Below, one piece after another: positions 58,558 through 64,000 of a stretch of 64,000 nt of DNA. Each line of letters begins with the position of its first letter. Within the stretch, counting starts at the first letter, position 1. Source of the stretch: an uncultured Gemmatimonadales bacterium (GTDB taxonomy: Bacteria; Gemmatimonadota; Gemmatimonadetes; Longimicrobiales; Longimicrobiaceae); assembly GCA_963716255.1 (NCBI GenBank), contig OY970303.1, positions 1,600,001 through 1,664,000 on the forward strand, given 5' to 3'. Below the pieces are notes generated by a model. The model saw only the letters and a list, made by a program, of their open reading frames with translations. It was not told the origin of the DNA and did not search any database. The position numbers and the translations under genes were made by a program.

Positions 58558-59853
58558 TCAGAGCCAGCGCTCCAGCCAATCGAACGCCTCGTCCTGCATG
58601 GCGGGGCGAAACGAGTGCGGCTCGTCGTGGAAGACGCCGCAGAAGCGCTCCGGAACGCCCGCCTTCGCGTAGATCGCCGCCAGCCTGTCGACGGCGCCGC
58701 GCATCCCCGCCATGGGAAAGAGCGTGTCGCGTGCACACTGCTGCACCAGGAGCGCGCCCGGGGCCAGCAGCGCCGCCGCGTCCGGAAGGTCCAGCGAGGC
58801 GCGCAGTCCCGGCGTGTACGCCATCCAGGTGTGCCGGCGCGCGTGCCCGGGCACCATCGCACCCATCTCCGTCATCCACGCGACCACGACCGCCGCCCGG
58901 ATGCGCGCGTCCGCCGCGGCGAGGAGCGCGGAGCGCAGCCCGCCGCCGGACAGACCGATGCACCCGATGCGGCCGGGATCGACGTCGGGGCGGGTGAGCA
59001 GGTAGTCGACGGTGCGCCGGTCGTCCCAGGCGAGCAGCCCGGGCCAGGTGGCGCCCGCGGCGAGGAGCGTCTTCGCCATCACCGCCTCGAACGCGCCCGC
59101 GACGCGGTTCTCGGCGGCGTTCCGCTCCGCCGAGCCGGCCGCGAGCGTGGGGAGCGAGCGGAGCGCGTCGCGCCCGTCGGCGGGGACGGCCTCGGGGGGG
59201 ACGGTCTCCGGGCGCAGCCGCCGCTCGCCGAAGTAGAACGCGTCGATGGCGACGACCACGAAGCCCCGCCGCGCCAGCAGCTCCGCATAAGGGCTGCCGT
59301 AGAGCCGGTCGCGGTACGCGGCCAGGACGGGCGGGTCGTCGCGGGAGGAGACGAGCTTGCGGGCGCCCCAGGCGTACTGGCCGCCGTGGCAGTGGAGCGC
59401 GACCACGGCGGGGCATCGGCCGCGCCGCCCGGTGGGGACCAGCACGAGGGCGGGGATTTCATACGCCGGCGTGGCGCGGATGCGCACCGTCTCCACGGTG
59501 AAGCCGTCGCGCGCTTCGCGGCCCACGACCTCACCGCGGACGGGGAGCGATGCCGGGTCGAAGGCGAGGTGGCGGTGGAGGGCGGGGCGCGCGGCGGCCT
59601 TCCACTCCTCCAGCGACTTCCAGCGGGGGTCCAGGAAGGAAAGGGAAGGCGCGCTCTCCCGCGCGACCCAGTCGACCGTCGGCGACAGGTTCCCGGTGTC
59701 GGGGGCCGCGGCGGAGACCGGATCGGGCGCGGATACAGGCGCGGCGTCCGCTGGGGACGGACGCCAGCCGAGGAGGTCGAGCGGGATGGGGAGCGCGAGC
59801 GCGCCGAGGGCGCCGAGCGCCTGGCGGCGGCTGATGGGGCCGGGCACGCTCAC
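58558..59853 (-). CDS. Tat-exported alpha/beta hydrolase (dienelactone hydrolase/esterase-like)
   Basis: GTG start, SRRQAL Tat motif, ALHCHGG, nucleophile GLSGGG, D.LF, PHSF. Confidence 0.8.
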   Translation of the reverse strand: MSVPGPISRRQALGALGALALPIPLDLLGWRPSPADAAPVSAPDPVSAAAPDTGNLSPTVDWVARESAPSLSFLDPRWKSLEEWKAAARPALHRHLAFDPASLPVRGEVVGREARDGFTVETVRIRATPAYEIPALVLVPTGRRGRCPAVVALHCHGGQYAWGARKLVSSRDDPPVLAAYRDRLYGSPYAELLARRGFVVVAIDAFYFGERRLRPETVPPEAVPADGRDALRSLPTLAAGSAERNAAENRVAGAFEAVMAKTLLAAGATWPGLLAWDDRRTVDYLLTRPDVDPGRIGCIGLSGGGLRSALLAAADARIRAAVVVAWMTEMGAMVPGHARRHTWMAYTPGLRASLDLPDAAALLAPGALLVQQCARDTLFPMAGMRGAVDRLAAIYAKAGVPERFCGVFHDEPHSFRPAMQDEAFDWLERWL

Positions 59854-59935
59854 CGCGGCGGCACGAAGTGCTGCGGCGCGGCGGCCGGGGCGAGCCGGAG
59901 GAGCCCGGCGGGGAGGCGCGGCACCGCGGCCCACT

Positions 59936-61147
59936 TCACCTGGCCGACAGCGGGGCGCCGCCGCGCAGCACGGTGACCTTCACCGGGTTGGCGAGGCGCG
60001 CGCCGAACGCGTCCGCCGCGCGCCACCAGTCCTCCACCGTGGCGAAGTCGCCGCTGGCCGTCCACCCGGCGCCCACGTACTGCACGGCGGGGACGCCGGG
60101 CCGGGCGCTGGAGATGGCGAGGTAGTGGTCGGCGGTCTCGCGCGACTCGACCAGGCGCGACTTCTCCACCAGCACCACGGTGCCGAGATTGCCGTGCCCG
60201 CCATTCTTGCGCTCCACGGGGCCCCAGGTGCTCACCCACGCCCACGGCCCGGCCTGGCTGGAGGAGCCCACCAGCCCGGCGCGCTTCACCGTGCCCACGG
60301 CGTAGGGGATTTCGGCGGCGCCGGGGGCGTGGTAGGTGATCTCCTGGCGGAAGAAGTTCTGCCCGGCGTCTATGCTGATGCGCTTGGTCTCGGACACCTG
60401 CATGCCGCCTGCGTCCCAGGGCTCGTACTCGAGCTGGAACACGGCGCGGATGGGACCGGTGGCGAGGATGCGGTGCGACCTGAAGTTGCGGGCGCGGTGC
60501 AGCCGCCCGCCGCGCCACACGGCGCTCCCGCCGGCCCCCAGCGTGGTCCCCACGGAGTAGAAGTCGGCGCCCTCGCCGGTGTCCACGTGGTAGGCGTCGT
60601 GCCCCTTGGCGTACCACCGCTCGACGATGAGCTCGCGGGTGCGCTTTGGCCACACGTCGATGCCGCTGCTCACCAGCGGCTCGTACTCGGAGGCCTGCCA
60701 CAGCCCCTGCCCGTAGATGCGGAAGCCGATGCGGTCGCTCTCCCACGCCACGTCGTCGCGGTGGGCGTCGTGGCGCGCGTGCACGCGCGCCTTGGGTGCG
60801 GCGGCCGGCGCGGCCGCCTCCACCACGAACTCCCGCACCTCGCCTGGCCGGAAGCCGCTCAGGAAGAGGAGCTCGTCCACGCCGCCGTCGCCGTCGGCGT
60901 CCAGCGGCTGCGACACCGCTTCCACACCGGTGCCGGCGTCGACGACGCGCACGCGGTCGGCACGAAGGCCCGGCAGCCCCTGCCGTAGCGCCGCCCACGA
61001 CACGGACAGCGTCTCGTCCGGCCGGTCGGCGGCGAGCGGGTTCTCGGCGCGCACGGTGACGCGCTGGGCGGCGAGCGGCGAGACGAGCACTGCGCCCGCG
61101 AGGAGCGCGGCGGCGGCGGAGCGGCGGAATGAGAAACACATCGGCAT
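59936..61147 (-). CDS. DUF4861-family exported protein
   Basis: Signal peptide ending PLAAQ; RDDVAWESDRIGFRIYG, SSGIDVWPK, YHVDTGEGADFYSVG.TLGAGG. Confidence 0.8.
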   Translation of the reverse strand: MPMCFSFRRSAAAALLAGAVLVSPLAAQRVTVRAENPLAADRPDETLSVSWAALRQGLPGLRADRVRVVDAGTGVEAVSQPLDADGDGGVDELLFLSGFRPGEVREFVVEAAAPAAAPKARVHARHDAHRDDVAWESDRIGFRIYGQGLWQASEYEPLVSSGIDVWPKRTRELIVERWYAKGHDAYHVDTGEGADFYSVGTTLGAGGSAVWRGGRLHRARNFRSHRILATGPIRAVFQLEYEPWDAGGMQVSETKRISIDAGQNFFRQEITYHAPGAAEIPYAVGTVKRAGLVGSSSQAGPWAWVSTWGPVERKNGGHGNLGTVVLVEKSRLVESRETADHYLAISSARPGVPAVQYVGAGWTASGDFATVEDWWRAADAFGARLANPVKVTVLRGGAPLSAR

Positions 61148-61174
61148 GCCGTTGTTGGTGTTGGCGGCGGCGGC

Positions 61175-61573
61175 GGCCCCCTCCCCAACCCCTCCCCCGC
61201 AAGCAGGGGAGGGGCTTTTCTCGTGCTTGGAACAGGTGGGGAGCTGGCGTCGGCAAGGGCGCCCCCACCCGGCTCGCTTCAGGCTCGCCACCCTCCCCCG
61301 ATTCTGGGGGAGGGCTTCCCGCACCGCGGGCTTTCGTTGTTCTCCCCCTTTCCCCCGCTTGCGGGGGAGAGGGGGCCGCGGGGTGAGGGGGCCCACACTC
61401 GCGGACGCCAGCGCGAAACCCGCGTGAGGGATTTCGGCCCGAAGGGGCGAGACCGCGCGCTGTTTGCGCGGGCTCGACTCCGTTACGCAGCGTTGTTTGC
61501 TGCGTTACGGAGCCGAAGCCCGACCCCGGCGCCAGCCGGGGGCACGCCCGAACCCGCCGTTCAAAGCCGTTCC
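61175..61573 (-). repeat. Structured intergenic repeat, copy 5 (core 61422-61549) with several hairpin modules
   Basis: Reverse-complement core plus hairpin modules shared with copies 1-4. Confidence 0.9.
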
Positions 61574-61581
61574 GTACCGGC

Positions 61582-62406
61582 TCAGAGCAGCCTGCCCATG
61601 GCAACCCCCTGCATGTCGGCGAACTCCTGGTTCTCGCCGCCCATGGCCCAGCAGAACGTGTAGCTGCGCGTGCCGACCCCGGAGTGGATGGACCACCCCG
61701 GCGACAGCGCCACCTCGCCGTCCCGCACCACCAGGTGCCGCGTATGGTCCGGCTCGCCCATCATGTGGAAGACGACGGCGTCCGCGGCCAGGTCGAAGTA
61801 CAGGTAGACCTCGGTGCGGCGGGCGTGGGTGTGCGCCGGCATGGTGTTCCAGACGCTCCCTTCCAGCAGCTCCGTGATCCCCATCACCAGCTGGGCGGTG
61901 GGCACGCCCTCGGGGTGGAAGTAGCGGTACAGCCGCCGTCGGTTGGCGTGCTCGGCGGAGCCCAGCTCGGCCACCTGCACGTCGCCCCGGCGCACGTGCG
62001 CGGTGGGGAAGCCGGCGTGCGCGGGGTAGCTGACCAGGTAGAAGCGCGCGGGATCGGCCGGGTCGTCGCTGTGGAAGGCGACCTCGCGGGTGCCGCGGCC
62101 CAGGTACAGACCGTCGCGGTTGGCCATGGCGTGCTCGGCGGCGTCCGCGACGACGCGCCCCGCCCCGCCCACGTTGAGCACACCCGCCTCGCGCCGCTCC
62201 AGGAAGTAGTCGGCGGCCATGGCCTCGGGCGCGTCCAGCCGGACGGCTTCGCCCAGCGGGACGATGCCGCCCAGCACCACGCGGTCCAGGTCCACGAACC
62301 GCAGCGTCGCCGCCCCGGGCGCGAACAGCCCCTGGAGGAGGAAGCGGTCGCGCAGCTCCGCGGTGTCCATGCGGCGGGTCTCGCCGGGTCCAGGCAGGTA
62401 GTGCAT
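61582..62406 (-). CDS. kduI: 5-dehydro-4-deoxy-D-glucuronate isomerase
   Basis: YFLERREAG, QLVMGITEL..GSVWNTMPAHTH.RR.EVYLYF, SPGWSIHSG.GT, WAMGGENQ. Confidence 0.96.
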   Translation of the reverse strand: MHYLPGPGETRRMDTAELRDRFLLQGLFAPGAATLRFVDLDRVVLGGIVPLGEAVRLDAPEAMAADYFLERREAGVLNVGGAGRVVADAAEHAMANRDGLYLGRGTREVAFHSDDPADPARFYLVSYPAHAGFPTAHVRRGDVQVAELGSAEHANRRRLYRYFHPEGVPTAQLVMGITELLEGSVWNTMPAHTHARRTEVYLYFDLAADAVVFHMMGEPDHTRHLVVRDGEVALSPGWSIHSGVGTRSYTFCWAMGGENQEFADMQGVAMGRLL

Positions 62407-62429
62407 CGTGCTCGCTCCGGGTTCGGATT

Positions 62430-63191
62430 TCAGCGGGCCATCCAGCCGCCGTCCACCACCAGCACGTGGCCGTTGACGTAGTCGCTCGCGGGGGAGGCCA
62501 GGAACACCACGGCGCCGGCCAGGTCCTCGGCCTCGCCCCAGCGCCCGGCGGGGATGCGCGCCAGGATCTGCTCGGAGCGCGCGGGATCGTCGCGCAGCGC
62601 CTGCGTGTTGTCGGTGCGCATGTAGCCGGGGGCGACGGCGTTCACCTGCACGCCGTGGCGCCCCCACTCGTTGGCGAGCGCCTTGGTCAGCCCTGCGACG
62701 GCGTGCTTGCTCGCGGCGTAGCCGGGGACGGTGATCCCGCCCTGGAAGGAGAGCAGCGAGGCCACGTTGACGATCTTGCCGGCGCCGCGCTCCACCATCC
62801 CCCGCCCGAGGCGCTGCGACAGCAGGAAGACGGCGTCCAGGTTGGTGCGGAGCACCAGGTCCCAGTCCTCCAGAGGGTGCCCGGCGGCGGGGTGGCGGCG
62901 AATGGTGCCGCCGTTGTTGACCAGGATGTCGATGGGCCCGGCCAGCCGCTCGGCCTCGTCGGCCATGGCGAGGGTGGCGGCGCGGTCGGCGAGGTCGGCC
63001 TCCACCTGCCACGCTTCGCGCCCGGCGGCGTGCACGAACGCGGCGGTGTCGTCGGTGCCGGAGCGGCGGGAGCTGGCGCAGACCACGTCCGCCCCCGCTT
63101 CCGCCAGCGCCACCGCGACGGCCTGACCCAGCCCGCGGCTGGCGCCGGTGACCAGGGCGCGCTTCCCCTCCAGCGAGAACGACACGCTCAC
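62430..63191 (-). CDS. kduD: 2-dehydro-3-deoxy-D-gluconate 5-dehydrogenase
   Basis: TGASRGLG, ASLLSFQGGITVPGYAASK, RIPAGRWG, VDGGWMAR; adjacent to kduI. Confidence 0.93.
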   Translation of the reverse strand: MSVSFSLEGKRALVTGASRGLGQAVAVALAEAGADVVCASSRRSGTDDTAAFVHAAGREAWQVEADLADRAATLAMADEAERLAGPIDILVNNGGTIRRHPAAGHPLEDWDLVLRTNLDAVFLLSQRLGRGMVERGAGKIVNVASLLSFQGGITVPGYAASKHAVAGLTKALANEWGRHGVQVNAVAPGYMRTDNTQALRDDPARSEQILARIPAGRWGEAEDLAGAVVFLASPASDYVNGHVLVVDGGWMAR

Positions 63192-64000
63192 CGGCCCAGC
63201 TCCAGCGCGGCGAGGATGAACGGGCCCACGCCCTTGTAGTCGTCGGTGACCACCGGCTCGCTGGCGTAGTAGGCGAAGGAGCCGTCGCGCGGCGAGCCGT
63301 CCCTGCGCGGGTTGCCGCCCAGCCCGGACACCTGCACCACGTTGACCAGCGACACGGTGCCGTCCGGGTTCTCGCGCACCAGGTTGGTGAGCAGCCCGTC
63401 GAAGCCGCGCTCGGCCACGGCGCGGTAGCGCGCGTCCACGTAGCCCAGGCGGGCGGCCCTGGCGAGGGCGTAGGCGAACATGCTGCTGGCGCTGGCCTCC
63501 AGGTAGTTGCCGGCGCGGTCGGGCTGGTCCAGCACGTTCCACCACAGGCCGGTGACCGGGTCCTGCACCCGCGCGATCGCCTCGGCGGCGTCGGCCAGGG
63601 TGCGGATGATGGCCGCGCGGTCCGGGTGGTCGGCGGGGAAGTGGTCCAGCGTTTCCACCACGCCCATCACGTACCACCCCATCGCCCGCCCCCAGAAGTT
63701 GGGCGACAGGCCGGTGGCGGTGTCCGCCCAGGGCTGCGCCTTCGCGGCGTCCCAGCCGTGGTACATCAGCCCGGTGCGCGGGTCGCGCGTGTGGCGGGCG
63801 ACGAGCAGGAACTGGCGCGCGATGTCGTCGAAGGCGGCCGGCTCGTTGAAGGTCTTCGCGTACTGCGCGAAGAACGGCTGCGCCATGTACAGCCCGTCCA
63901 GCCACATCTGCTGCGGGTAGATCTTCTTGTGCCAGAAGCCGCCCTCCGCGGTGCGCGGCTGGGTGCGCAGCTGCTCGCGCAGCATGGTGGCGGCGTAGCG
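63188..64000 (-). CDS. GH105 unsaturated rhamnogalacturonyl hydrolase (5'-truncated)
   Basis: GGFWHKKIYP.QMWLDGLYMAQPF, GLMYHGWD, FWGRAMGW, NYLEAS.S.MF, D.KGVGPFI. Confidence 0.93.
   Translation of the reverse strand, partial: RYAATMLREQLRTQPRTAEGGFWHKKIYPQQMWLDGLYMAQPFFAQYAKTFNEPAAFDDIARQFLLVARHTRDPRTGLMYHGWDAAKAQPWADTATGLSPNFWGRAMGWYVMGVVETLDHFPADHPDRAAIIRTLADAAEAIARVQDPVTGLWWNVLDQPDRAGNYLEASASSMFAYALARAARLGYVDARYRAVAERGFDGLLTNLVRENPDGTVSLVNVVQVSGLGGNPRRDGSPRDGSFAYYASEPVVTDDYKGVGPFILAALELGR

Overview
Very GC-rich bacterial DNA. The gene style and intergenic repeats would fit Gemmatimonadota (Longimicrobium-like), but that is inference only. The window has five blocks. (1) 1-21143: two tandem, diverged copies of a three-gene cassette encoding a ~1100-aa helical-repeat protein, a zinc-phospholipase-C-like/multi-TM/tail-module protein, and a signal-peptide-less BNR beta-propeller. 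(2) 21150-38608, tightly coupled to cassette 2: a contractile phage-tail-like injection system (eCIS/tailocin-like). It has tube-initiator-like and terminator-like genes, sheath, tube, chaperone, hub, spike, PAAR-like tip, gp25, baseplate J and I, PASTA proteins and a collagen fibre. No capsid, terminase, integrase, T6SS membrane complex or AAA+ ATPase is visible. (3) 38830-42775: a transmembrane STAND/NB-ARC receptor with four Ig-like (ASH/choice-of-anchor D) domains, and an adjacent small helical protein. The two share an N-terminal G-[ND]-V-S-G-Q-V-A-[VI]-G motif resembling an amyloid/RHIM-type signalling sequence. (4) 43297-58517: a purine catabolism cluster (allB, alc, uraD, uraH, puuD, deaminase, xanthine dehydrogenase), interrupted by a RES toxin-antitoxin pair and followed by an HNH gene. 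(5) 58558-64000: pectin/uronate utilisation genes (GH105, kduD, kduI, DUF4861). Five copies of a ~130-nt multi-stem intergenic element show compensatory base changes. All family calls come from motif recognition by eye, not database searches.
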